Of a stretch of 64,000 nucleotides of DNA, positions 40,797 through 51,934 are shown piece by piece. The notes under the pieces are model-generated. The model was not told the DNA's origin. It did not search any database and saw only the letters and a program-made list of their open reading frames with translations. Every line of letters begins with the position of its first letter. The stretch's first letter is position 1. The position numbers and the translations under genes are program-made. The stretch is taken from assembly GCA_963760795.1 (NCBI GenBank), contig CAVXEP010000022.1, positions 224,001 through 288,000 of the forward strand, given 5' to 3'. This DNA is from an uncultured delta proteobacterium (GTDB lineage Bacteria; Desulfobacterota; Binatia; UBA9968).

Positions 40797-41410
40797 ATGA
40801 AACGATTCGAATGCCTGCAAGCGATCGCACCGTTGATTAAAGACGAACTGTTCGTCACCACCGCCGGCGGCGCCACTAACGAATGGAACGCCGTGCGTCC
40901 GAGCGATGGCAACATTCAAGTTAAAACCTTGGGACTGTGTTCCTCCATCGGCTTGGCCTCGCCATCGGCTTGCCGAAACGCAAAGTCTTCGTCTTCGACG
41001 GCGACGGGGCGTTGTGGATGAACTTGGGCTCGCTGGCGACCATCGGCCTGCACCAGCCGAAAAATCTAATTCACATCTGCTGGGACAACAAACAGTACGA
41101 GTCATCGGGCGGCGAACCGACGGCGGCCAGCGCCGGCAACATCGACTTCGCCGGCATTGCGCGCAACGCCGGCATCAAAAGCTCGCGGGCGGTAAATACG
41201 CTTGAAGAGCTAAAAGACGCGGTGAGCCACGCTCTCAAAAACGCCGGCCCGCATTTCATCGCCGCCAACATCGAAGCCGGGCGCGCCGAGTCGCCGCCGC
41301 TCAAGTACGACGAGCTGGAAAATAAATATCGCTTCATCCGCTACGTCGAAGACACCGAAGGCGTGACTATCCTGCGTCTGCCGCAGTCGGCGAGTTATTT
41401 GCTGAAATAA
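40797..41410 (+). CDS. comE: Sulfopyruvate decarboxylase beta subunit-like (frameshift ~40955)
   Basis: M.RFECL..I, LGL.SSIGLG.A, DGDG.LWMNLGSL.TI, DN..YES.GG.PT (TPP motif). Confidence 0.8.
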
Positions 41411-41429
41411 TTCTCTTCCGTCGAAGCCG

Positions 41430-41717
41430 TACACCGGCTCCTGACCGACCGCGCTAAGAGACTAAAGATCGCGGTCAAGTATCAGCGCTGACGACACAGA
41501 CTGGTTACAGCGAACCTACGAAAACTCGATCGACGAAAAGAAACTGCCGGCGAAACAATACCCAAGCGCCGAGGGGATCAAAACCATTCTAGACGAGTTT
41601 GACGTAAAAGAGCCAGAGGCGAAAGCCGTCAAACCAAGCGATTTCATCGATGCTCGCTTCGTCGAAGAATTTGACAAGAGCGGCTACACCGATAGCCTGT
41701 ACGGCCGGATAAAGTAG
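41430..41717 (+). pseudogene. C-terminal remnant of an SsuA/NMT1-type binding protein
   Basis: ...EGIKTILDEFDVKEPEAKAVKPSDFIDARFVEEFDKSGYTDSLYGRIK*; no N-terminal part present. Confidence 0.65.
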
Positions 41718-41789
41718 CGCTCTACGGTAATCTGCAATGGATGATTGATGAGGGGATTGCCGCACTGCACTCAGGACTCGACGCTGTCG

Positions 41790-44700
41790 CTAATCCTTCA
41801 GCCGAATGCCGATCTTGGACAGGCGATGTTTCCACATGTCGCGTCGCTCAATGCCTTGCCAGACTTCAATTTCATGGCGCGCCAGCTGGGTCTTTTTTTC
41901 TTTTAACTCGGTCACTAGATTGTGAATGAAAGTGGTCGCGCGCCTTCAATAGCTCCTCGCGTTCACTGAGTAGGGTATCTAGACCGTCGCCATCTCCATT
42001 AGTAGCATAATCTTCGTCCTCGGTCGGAATCACCGCCGGTAATCGCGGCCCACTGGACCGCGCTTCTTCAAGCAATCGTTCGGTCCGCAAAGCTTGGCCG
42101 CCTCGGACTCTTCGTCTCCCCCGCAGAGAAGCGAGGTGCTCTCGCATCGTCGCCATCTCGATGCTGCCGCTTTCGACCAGCTTATGTTTTTCCGCGAGCT
42201 GGCGCTCCAAGAACTCGAGTTTACTCGTGAAGCGTTCCTCGACGCCGTCGACGGAGGACTCCTTGGCCTCTAATAAGGCGGTCTTTTCTCTAAGCTGCTC
42301 TTGCAGAGCACGGTCGCTGCGCTCCTTTTCGGAAGCCAAGGAGCTATATCGTTCCGATACCTCACGCACCTTGTGCATCAGCGCGTCGACTTCGCTTTCG
42401 CGGGTCGTCATTAGATTATGTTGTTCGCTCAACCTATCTTCGAGCGTCTGGATGTGGCCCTTGAATTGGATTTCAACCTTTTTAAGAGCGGCGTCCTTGG
42501 TTTGGAGCGTTTGATTGCGCAGGCGCAGTCCCTGGTCGAGCTGACGCAGCGACTCTTCTTTGCTGTTGCTCAACAAGTCGACTTGCCCGGTCAGATCTTT
42601 TAGTTTCGAACGCAGCGTCTCGACCTCGCGGGCGCGAGTGTCAACCAGAGCCCGATTCTCGGCCAACTGGTTTTCGAGAGCGTGCAAGCGATCCTCGCTG
42701 CGTTTCTCCAGGGATATAAGTGCCGCCTCGCGGACGCGCAGTAGATCTGTCTTTTTCTTTGGCCTCGGCTTGAAACAATTGCGCCGTTTGCTCCTTGGTG
42801 GCACCCAATTCCTGCAATTGCCGCTGCACCGTTGCGAGCTCCCGCTCGCGATCTTTGAGGTTCTTCGCTTTATCGCCAAGCTGGCCTTCCAGCGCCTGTT
42901 GTTTTGCCAATAGCGCGGATTGCAGCTCTTGTGCAGCGTCATCCTTGGTTTTGAGCAGCGCGGTTTTTTCCTGGAACGCCGCTTCAAGCATTCTCTCCGT
43001 CTGCTGTTTGGCCGCGGCCCACTCGCTGGCCTGCTGCTTCGCGGTGATGAGCTCGGCGCGCAGCGCGCTGACCTCGGCGTCACGGCTGCCGACGAGCTTT
43101 TGGTGTTCCGTGAGTTGCTGCTCGAGAGCGCTAATTTTCGCACTAAAGTTAGCCTCCAATTCGCGCAGTGCTGAATCGCTGGCGCTGAGAAAGGCTTTTT
43201 CCTTGCGGAGCTTCTCTTGCAACAAACCGGCGGCGCGCTCTTTTGCCGAGCCCACCTTGGTGAGCTGTTCCGTCAAGGAGACGAGTTGCAGCTGCAGGGC
43301 TTCAATCTCCGCGCCGCGGTTTTGCAGCAGACCGTCGCGTTCAGTGACCTGATGCTGCAAGTGCGCCAATTCTCCGGTGTAGCGGCCCTCCAACTCCTTG
43401 TTGCCCGACTCGCGAGCTTGACGCAGCTCTTTCTCCTTGCGCAGTTCGTCCTTGAGCGTTTGTTCCGCATTGGCGCTCGCCGCGGTATTGTTGTCCAATT
43501 TTTGCGTGAGCCCTTGCACCGTCAACCTCAGGATCTGAATTTCGCCGTCGCGAATTGTTATGAACTGCTCCTTCTCGCGTAATTGCTGTTCCAGTTGGCG
43601 CAGGGATTGATCGTAGCGTTCCTCCAAGCCACGAAGCGCGGAAGCTTTTTCGTCGATGACATGCCGGCCCTTGCTGCGCTCGGCGTCGCGCTCGGTCTCG
43701 GCATGTTCTCTTGCCTCCCTGGCTTCGTCGAACTTGGCGCTGAGCGCGTGAAATTCCGACTTGAGCGCGTTGATCTCGCCATCGCGCACCTGAACCACAA
43801 GGTCCCGTTCGTCGATTTGATTTTGCAGAGCGCGGATGTTGGTGCGCAGACGGGATTCCAGTTCCTTAAGCGCGCTGTCCCGCGCGCTGCGTTCCTTTTC
43901 AAGTTCCGCGCGGGTTACTTCGAGCAAAGTTTCAGACTGTTGTTTTGCGTCCCTCGATTCGGTCAACTGTCTATGCAGGTTAGCGAGTTCACTTTCGTGG
44001 CTCTTAAGCAGCTTCTTCCGTTCCCCGGCCTGATCCTCGAGGATGCGAATGGATTCTTGGAGGCGCTTCTCGACATTACGGTTAGCCTCGTTGCTCGCTT
44101 CGAGGACTGCTTTTTTGTTCTGAAGCTCTTTTTGCAGCAGTGCTTCGGCGCGCTGGCGGGCCACATCCAACTCTTTGACCTGGACGCCGAGGTCGCTCGC
44201 CTCGCCGTGTGCGATGACCAACTCCGCATCGCGGCGGCTGAGTAGATCGTCCTTGGTCTGCAGCTGGCTTTCCCACAGCCGGGCTTTTGCAGTCAGCTGT
44301 TGGCGGAGCTCTTTCGCTTCGGCATCTTTGGCTTGCAACGCTTCAGCAGTCCGGCGTCAGCTCGGTGCGCAGCATTGAGTCGTCGGCGCCGGCGTTGACG
44401 ATGACCTGCCCGACCTGCGCCACCGCCAGATTTGAGCGCGCGTAATTCATCGTCGCGGGCCTTGAGCGCACGCTCTTTTTCCGTGAGCTCGCCAATCATC
44501 GCCTCGATCCGGCCGATGCTGTCTTCAAGATCGCGGGTCACACTATCTTTGGCTTGGCGCGCAGTCTTGCCCTTCCATATTCTTCCTGCAGCAGGTGTTC
44601 CGCTTCGTGTTTCGCCGCGCCCAATGCCTGCACTCGTTCCTTGAGCCACAGGACTCGGTCATCGCGGAACAACTTCAGGACAACGATGACGACGAGCAAT

Positions 44701-44927
44701 CGAAGCCGCCGACCATGCCATAAAACCACGTGCTGGTAGATTCACCGGAATCGCCATTGCTGATAAAAGACGAACGGTGAGGAGAGGAATTGGCCGAGAT
44801 TGCGTGAAAACAGCCAGCGGGTGTACTTCGCTTCGACTTCGTTGCCGTGCAACCAGTAAAGAATCACAGCGCCAAGGATCAAGGCGACAACAACAACGGC
44901 GATAAAGAACTTCTCCCGAGTCCGCAT
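41790..44927 (-). CDS. Membrane-anchored very long coiled-coil protein (~1000 aa) with 78/71-aa repeats (several frameshifts)
   Basis: ORFs 44742..44927 (TM), 44538..44729, 44293..44649, 42641..44338 and 41872..43143 join; E/K/Q/L/R-rich; C-terminus ...EIEVWQGIERRDMWKHRLSKIGIRLKD* ends at 41790. Confidence 0.7.
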
Positions 44928-45232
44928 AGCTTCCTACAATCGTTTATTTGGCAGAGTTTGACGTTCCCAGATTTTAATATTGTAACGTCAGGGCAAGGGA
45001 TTGCCAAAAGGAAATTCCGCTGAGATTACCGACCTAGTTTAGCGACTGGAATGAAACGATCGAATTCTTACCAAAACTGCCGTACGGCGCGATGAGATGA
45101 ATTGTCTTACTCAAGCCGGCGAGCGCTAGCTGCCGGCCGGTATGTAAGCAGCGCCCAACTAGAGGGAACCTGACCGCAGATCGAATTGATCTGTGTTGTC
45201 TACGGTGGGAAATGACGACTCGTGAAACCGCT

Positions 45233-46298
45233 TTACAGCGGCGGAACCTTAACGATGGTGGAGCCGTCGATGCTCGCGATGGTCGGCCGTCCGCACTTCG
45301 CCATGGTGATCTCGATTTCTTCACGCAGCAAATTGAGCACGCGGACAACACCCTGCTCGCCACCGACGGCGAGTCCCCAGAACAGAGGCCGGCCGATGAA
45401 CACCGCCTTAGCGCCCAATGCGATAGCTTTGACGACATCGGCACCGCGCCGAACGCCGCCGTCGAGAAATACTTCCATCTTGCCTTTGGCCGCGGCCACC
45501 GCTTCGCCGAGAACTTCCACCGTCGCCAATGTGTTATCGAGATGGCGGCCGCCGTGATTGGAAACGATCACGCCGTCGGCACCGACTTCGGCGCAGAGTT
45601 CGACATCTTCGCCGGTCATGATACCCTTGGCCACCACCGGCAAACTGGTCGTTACCTTGATCCACTGCAGATCTTTCCAGGTCGCCGCCGGGTCAGATCC
45701 GGCGCCGCTGCCCGCCGGCCGCGGCGCGTCGGGATGTTCGCCGCCGGTCGGATAATTGGCACCGCGAGTGCGCTGATAACGATTGCGAATATTGCGTTCG
45801 CGCTTGGGCGGCCATTGGGAATCTAAAGTCACGATAATCGCCTTGTAGCCGTTGGCCTTGGCGCGGTCGAGCCAATCTTGGGTCATGGCTTTGTCGCGGA
45901 ACGGATAGAGCTGCACCCACAACATGCCGTTGGCCGCTTTGGCGAGATCTTCGAAGGAGGTATTAGCGTTGGCGCTCACCGCCATCGCCGTGCCGCAGGA
46001 TGCGGCGGCGCGGTAGGTGGCAAGCTCGCCGTCGGGATGCGCCCGCTTGTGACCGCCGCAGGATCAACACCGGCAACGCGACCTTGCAACCCAGCACAGT
46101 GGTCGACAAGTCGAGCTTGCTGACATCGCGCAAGACGCGCGGGCGAAACGCCCAAGAGGCATAGGCGCGCCGGTTACGGTCGACGCTGATCTCATCGGTG
46201 GCGCCGCCGGCGATGTAGTCGTATTCCGCCTTCGGCAGCAGCTCCTTGGCGGCATCTTCGAATTCAAAAAGGTTGATCGGTTGCGCGGTGTCTGCCAT
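45233..46298 (-). CDS. FMN-dependent alpha-hydroxy acid oxidase/dehydrogenase (frameshift ~46060)
   Basis: DYIAGGA.DE...RN, RPRVL.DVS, W.QLY, KGI, VSNHGGR.LD, DGGVRRG.DV.KA.ALGA..V..GRP. Confidence 0.9.
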
Positions 46299-46332
46299 GA
46301 AAACTCCTGATCGCTCGATCGAGCGTTATTTG

Positions 46333-46584
46333 TTATTGCTTCGCCTTCAACTGCTGGTCGTTGGCTTTGAGAAACTCGCGAATCTCATCGGCGTAGTCGA
46401 GCAATCTCGTCCACTGCTCTTTGTAGAGCGTCACAGGAAATCGCCCCAACCCGTAAATCGACAGCCCGCCCTTTTCACTTACCTTCAAGCGCAGTTCTCC
46501 GGGCTTGCGCTCGACCTGTTGTTTCAGTGCCTGATTCTCGGCTTCGAGCCGCGCCAGTTTCGCTTCGATGGATTCCTCCGCCAT
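46333..46584 (-). CDS. Small conserved hypothetical protein (N-terminal coiled coil plus LKVSEKGG.S.YGLGRFPVTLY.EQW domain)
   Basis: GGAGG RBS before ATG at 46584; 83 aa. Confidence 0.75.
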   Translation of the reverse strand: MAEESIEAKLARLEAENQALKQQVERKPGELRLKVSEKGGLSIYGLGRFPVTLYKEQWTRLLDYADEIREFLKANDQQLKAKQ

Positions 46585-46769
46585 ATGTCCTCCAGATGAT
46601 TTCGTCTGCCAATAACGTCCTGCCAACGTTTTATCGCAAAGCTGGCGACAACGCGAGCGCGTCGCAACAACCGCTTGAACCTAGTCCTCAAGTCGGATTA
46701 TAACAAGTGACAATGCATGGCTAACAACGATCTATTTAAAATTAAAACTTTTCAGGAGGAACATTCAGG

Positions 46770-47858
46770 ATGAGCGCAAACCTCGGCACTAGAATCATCG
46801 ATGGCGATGGTCACATTATGGAAGACAACGCCGGAATTATCGCGCACATGGAAGGCGCCTACCGCGAGATCGCGGCACGCAAGGGAATCTGTTTTCCGCC
46901 CTTGGACCATCTGCACTCGGGGCGCGCAGTCGAAACACCGCCGCAGCGTGACGGCCGCCCGCCCGTCGGGCCCCAAGGGCTGGCTCGAGTTTCTCGACGA
47001 CGTCGGCATCGACTGGACGGTCATGTATCCGACCGTGGCGCTTTCCTACGGCAAGATCGTCAGCCGCGACTACGCGGTCGCGGTCTGCAAAGCCTACAAC
47101 GACTGGCTGCCCGAGACCTACCTCAAATTCAATCCGCGCTTCAAAGGGATGGCGATCATTCCGATGCAGGACCCCGAAGAGGCCGCCAAGGAACTGCGCC
47201 GCGCGGTCACCGAGCTGGGCATGCTCGGGGCCATGATGCCGTCCAACGGGCTCGCCCAGCCGCTCGGCGCGAAACAGTACTGGCCGATCTACGAAGAAGC
47301 CAATCGGCTCGGCTGCTGCCTCGCCGTCCACGGCGGCGCCCACGACCGCTTCGGCATGGACCATATGAACATGTACGTGCCGGTGCACGCTCTCGGCCAT
47401 CCGTGGGGCTTGACGATCAACTGCGCCGATATTGTCTACAACGGCATCTTCGAGCGCTTCCCGCGCGTGCGCATCGCCTTTCTCGAGGGCGGCATCGCTT
47501 GGCTGCTGCTCCTGCTCGAACGGCTGCACGCCTCGCACGAGACCCACTTCCAGCATATCCCCGAAGGCGAGTTCGGCATTCGCGAAGAACAGGATCCGGC
47601 CAAGGCAGCTGAAGAAAGCTGATCAAAGACGGCCGCCTCTACCTTGGCATCGAGACCGAAGAGCTGACCATGCCCTTCGCCATCAAGACCGTCGGCAATA
47701 CGCCGTTCCTCTATTCGTCCGACTTCCCCCACGAAGTCACCAACGAAAGCTGCAAACACGACCTCGGTGAGCTGCTGGAGAGCGACGAGATCACCGAGGA
47801 CGACAAAGCTGCCATGCTTTGGCGCAACGCGGAGACGTTTTACAAGCTGCCGCTGTAA
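46770..47858 (+). CDS. Amidohydrolase_2 family protein (2 frameshifts)
   Basis: IIDGDGH, YPT, AYNDWL, AVHGG, LEGG..WL, YSSDFPHE. Confidence 0.85.
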
Positions 47859-47955
47859 ATCGGATCCGATTGGAAGACTCGGAACTGATGGAGCGGTTGG
47901 AACCGTTCAAGCGTCCGAACTCGACGTGACCGCGCGCACGTAAGGAAGGAAGAAC

Positions 47956-49276
47956 ATGGAAACCTGCAACGCCGCTGTCATCACCGAACATAACAAACCC
48001 TTGACGATTCAAAAGGTGCAAATCCCCAATCTCGATCCGGGCTCGTTGCTGATCAAGATCACCGCCTCGACGCTGTGCGGCACCGACGTGCATCGCTGGC
48101 ATGGACCACTGGGCGAGAGAGACACTTTGCCGATCGTCACCGGCCACGAGCCCTGCGGCACGGTAGAAGATATCGCTGGTGAGCGCACCGATATCTTGGG
48201 CAACCGGTCAACCGCGGCGATCGCGTGGTCTGGAGTTATGTCGCTTGCGGTTCTTGTTATTACTGCGCGGTCGCCTGCCAGCCTTGCATCTGCCGCGGCC
48301 GCGCCTCCTGGGGCCATAATCGCAGCGATCAGCATCCCTACCTGCTCGGCAGCTGCGCCGAATACATGTACGTGCCCAAAGAATGCTTGATCATCAAAGT
48401 TCCCGACGAAGTGACCTCGGCGTCAGCAGCGGCCTCGGCCTGCGCTTACCGCACAGTCATGCATGGTTATGACCGTCTCGGCGCGATCAAGAGCCATGAG
48501 ACCGTGTTGATCCAAGGCAGCGGACCGCTCGGCAACTTCGCCACCGCGGTTGCCAAAGATCACGGCGCGAAAAAAGTGCTAGTCATCGGCGCGCCGGCGA
48601 ATCGTTTGGAAGTCACCAAGAAAATGGGCGCCGACGCGGTTTTGAATCTCGAAGAAGTGACCGACGAAAAACAGCGCCGCCAGTGGGTCAAGGACCATAC
48701 CGACGGGCGCGGCGCCGATGTCGTCATCCAGGTCGCCAACAACATGGCGGTGCCTGAAGGGCTGACATTGCTGCGCGACGGCGGCCGTTACTTGAATATC
48801 GGCGCCGGCGGCAAAGCGAATATCGCGGTGGAAAAGATCCCGCAAGGAAATGTTGTTCATCACGGTCCGTTCCGGCGAACCGCGCCACTGGCTCCAAGCG
48901 ATTGATTTTCTGGCCTCGCGCAAAAAGACCTTTCCCTTCGAAGACATGATCAGCAAGAGCTACAAGCTCGAGCAGATCAACGAAGCCATGGCGGCGATGG
49001 CAAGCTACTCGGTGGTCAAAGCGGTGATCAATTTCTATCGGCGCCGGCGGCAAAGCCAATATCGCCGTGGAGAAAATCCCCGAGATGTTGTTCATCACGG
49101 TCCGTTCGGGCGAACCGCGCCACTGGCTCCAGGCCATCGAATTTTCTCGCTTCGCGGCGGAAGACGTTTCCCTTCGAAGAAATGATCAGCAAGAAGCTAC
49201 GAGTTCGAGCAAATCAACGAAGCCATGGAAGCGATGGCAAATTCTCTGCGGTAGTAAGGCAGTGATTAATTTCTAG
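47956..49276 (+). CDS. Zn-dependent alcohol dehydrogenase (MDR); frameshifted and with a duplicated 3' end
   Basis: LCGTDVH, GHE, C.SCYYC..C structural Zn site, QGSGPLG, GRGADVVI. Confidence 0.85.
48798..49276 (+). repeat. Tandem ~240-bp direct repeat of the ADH 3' end
   Basis: 48798..49036 and 49037..49276 both start atcggcgccggcggcaaagc and end gtgatYaatttct. Confidence 0.85.
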
Positions 49277-49498
49277 GTTCTACAGGCTTTCATGTGGATC
49301 ATCTGTCGCGTTCGATTTTGTCTTATGCGTCACAAAGAGCCTGGCGATTGGCCACGGCTAAATGGGAAAGAGTTTTTCAATACGAAGGACACGAAGGGTT
49401 CGGATGGCCAAATCTCCGAACTTCATGCTCTTCGTGGTGAGTTACAGTTACTCCCGACAACGATCAACAGCGTTAGACCTAGCGCTGGAATTCTGAAA

Positions 49499-50250
49499 CT
49501 AAGAAACGATCGGAGGCTTGGTCCCACGCTCGATGACCTGCCCATTGACCGCCGCGCTTGAGCGGCTCGCTAAATAGACTATCGTCGCAGCCATGGAATC
49601 CGCCGGGCGGATCCGGCCAGACTCCAGTGACTGTTTGACATATTCAGCGCTCTTACCGCGGCGCCACATCGGCGTATCGGTGCCGCCCGGCTCGACGGCA
49701 TTGATCGTCACGTCGACGCCAAGTTGCTTGAACTCGGCGGCAACGCTCCGCGTGAATGCCTCCACCCCAGCCTTCGACGCCGAGTAGGCCGAGTTGGTCG
49801 CGTTGCCCTGCACATGGCGGAAGGAAAGATGACGATCCGGCCGTAGCCGCGCGCGATCATGCCGCGCGCCACCGCCTGCGTGCATAGAAAGGTCCCCTTC
49901 AGATTGATCCCGATCACCTGATCCCAGACATTTTCCGGCATATCTAACAGCGGATACTTGATCATCACGGCCGCGCTGTTGATCAGGATGTCGATCTTGT
50001 CGTCTCGGCTGACGATGTCGCTGACTAGATTGTTAACCTGACCGCGATCGGTTACATCGAGTTGCGCGCCGTGCGCGGCGACGCCGCTACTGCGCAGCTC
50101 AGCCACCGCCCGTTCTATTGCCGCAGCATCGCGCGAAGCGAGCCAAACCTGCGCGCCGGCATTGCCCAGTGCCTGGGCCATCGCCCGGCCGATACCGGTC
50201 GCTCCGCCGGTGATGAGAGCCACTTGTCCGGTCAAATCATGATTTGCCAC
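49499..50250 (-). CDS. SDR family oxidoreductase (frameshift ~49830)
   Basis: TGGATGIG, DILINSA, NLKG.F, YSASK, INAVEPG..DT.M. Confidence 0.88.
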
Positions 50251-50407
50251 TGTCCCACTCCTTCAGCTTAGGTTGCGATCCGCGCGCGGAATTTGCGAAT
50301 GCTGACAATTGCCGAGCCATCGCACGAGCGATGCGATCATAGGGAGAGTGAAAAAGATTGGCAACTGGAGTGGTGCGAAAAAGGTGGTGCCGCCGCGGCA
50401 AACTTCA

Positions 50408-51934
50408 TCAACCGCTGGTGGGCAGCGGCAAAGCGAACCAAAAAATGCTGCCTTTGCCCGGCTCGCTGTCGACACCGATCGCTCCGCCCATGGCTTCAAC
50501 CAGCTCTTCGGCCACCGCCGAAGCCGAGCCCGGTGCCGCCAAAGCTTCTGGTGCTCGAACCATCCACCTGCACGAAACGCTCAAAGATGACCGCTTGCTT
50601 CTCGACCGCGATACCGACGCCGGTGTCGACAATCGCGAAGCAAACCGCACCTTCAAGCTCGTGGAGACGATCGGCGCCAAAGCGCACGCCGCAGGCGCTT
50701 GGCACCATACCGCCGACGTCCATGCGGATTTCCCCCTGTTGGGTGAACTTGAGCGCATTGCCGAGCAAGCGGTGCAGCACTTGTTTTAGACGCGTGCGAT
50801 CGCCGCGCACGCGAGCCGGCAGATCCGGTGCAATCGAAAGCGTATACCGCAGCCCCTTCTCCTGCGCCAAGCAGCGGTAAGACTCGCTCACTTCTTGCAA
50901 GCATGGGCCGAGGTCGAAGATCGATGGCTCGGCCGTCGATCGCCCCCCTGCCAAATCGCCCATGGTAAGGAGTTCCTCGATGACACCCATCAAGGATGCC
51001 GCGCAGGTTTGAATCGTTTCGGCGCAGTCGCGCTGGTCGTCGGTCAATTCGCTGTCGGCCAACAATTCTGCCATGCCGATGACGCCGTTCAACGGTGTCC
51101 GCAGTTCATGGCTCATGTTGGCGAGGAGTTCCGACTTAGCGCGACTGGCGGACTCGGCTTCAACCTTGGCACGTGCCAGCGCCAGCTCTATGCGCTTGCG
51201 CACGGTCAAGTCGACGCCATAACCGCGGGCGATTCGTTCGCCGGCCACAGGCACGAGCTTCCATTCGTAGCAATGATCGCCGACGTTGACTTCGACGGCG
51301 CCGATTTCAGTTTGCCGGGCTAGACAGTCCGCCGTCAGCGCCTCGATATTTTCGGGCAACACCGCGGCATGCAGCCCGGCGCCGAAGCCAAATCGATCCA
51401 TCAAACTCATCATCACCGGATTGGCGTGGATCAGGTTGGCGTCCTCGTTGAGTTCGACGATGGCGAGGGGACAGGCCTCGGCGATGGATGCTAGACTGCG
51501 CAAATCCTTCTCCACCGCCAGCTCGCGCGTGATGTCATGGAAAGCCAAGATTGCGCCTATGCCGCCGCTGGTAGAATAGCGCGAGCAACGGTACTCAACA
51601 GGTTTCGCCACGTCACCGCGGCAGGAGAGCCACATGCGTCCAGAGGATGCGATGCTCTCATCCTCGAGAGTGCGGGCAATCGGACAATTTTCCGGCTTGG
51701 CGGTAAGCTCCTCCAAATGACAATCGAACCACTCATGGGCCGGCTGGCCGATTAACGTCGCCGCCGGCCAACCGAGAAAGCGCTCGGCTTGCTGATTGAG
51801 CATGAGGATTTTGCCCTTGCCATCGGTGAGCAAGGCGCCCGACGGCAAGCCATCAAGCAAGAACTGCACAACGTCGCCGGCCTCATCGCTAGGGAGGCAA
51901 GGAAGAGCCGGTCTAAGACATTGAGGATGCTCAT
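50408..51934 (-). CDS. PAS-domain sensor histidine kinase (frameshifts near both ends; no receiver domain)
   Basis: PAS domain; AKSE.LANMSHELRTPLNG H-box, LLGNALKFT, DTG.GI, F.QVD.S.TR.FGGTGLG, S.PGKGS.FWF; ends at 50408. Confidence 0.85.

Noticed and set aside
41790-44927. Coiled coil as SMC/SbcC or phage tape measure protein
   Set aside because: No Walker A/B or hinge motifs, and no phage genes nearby
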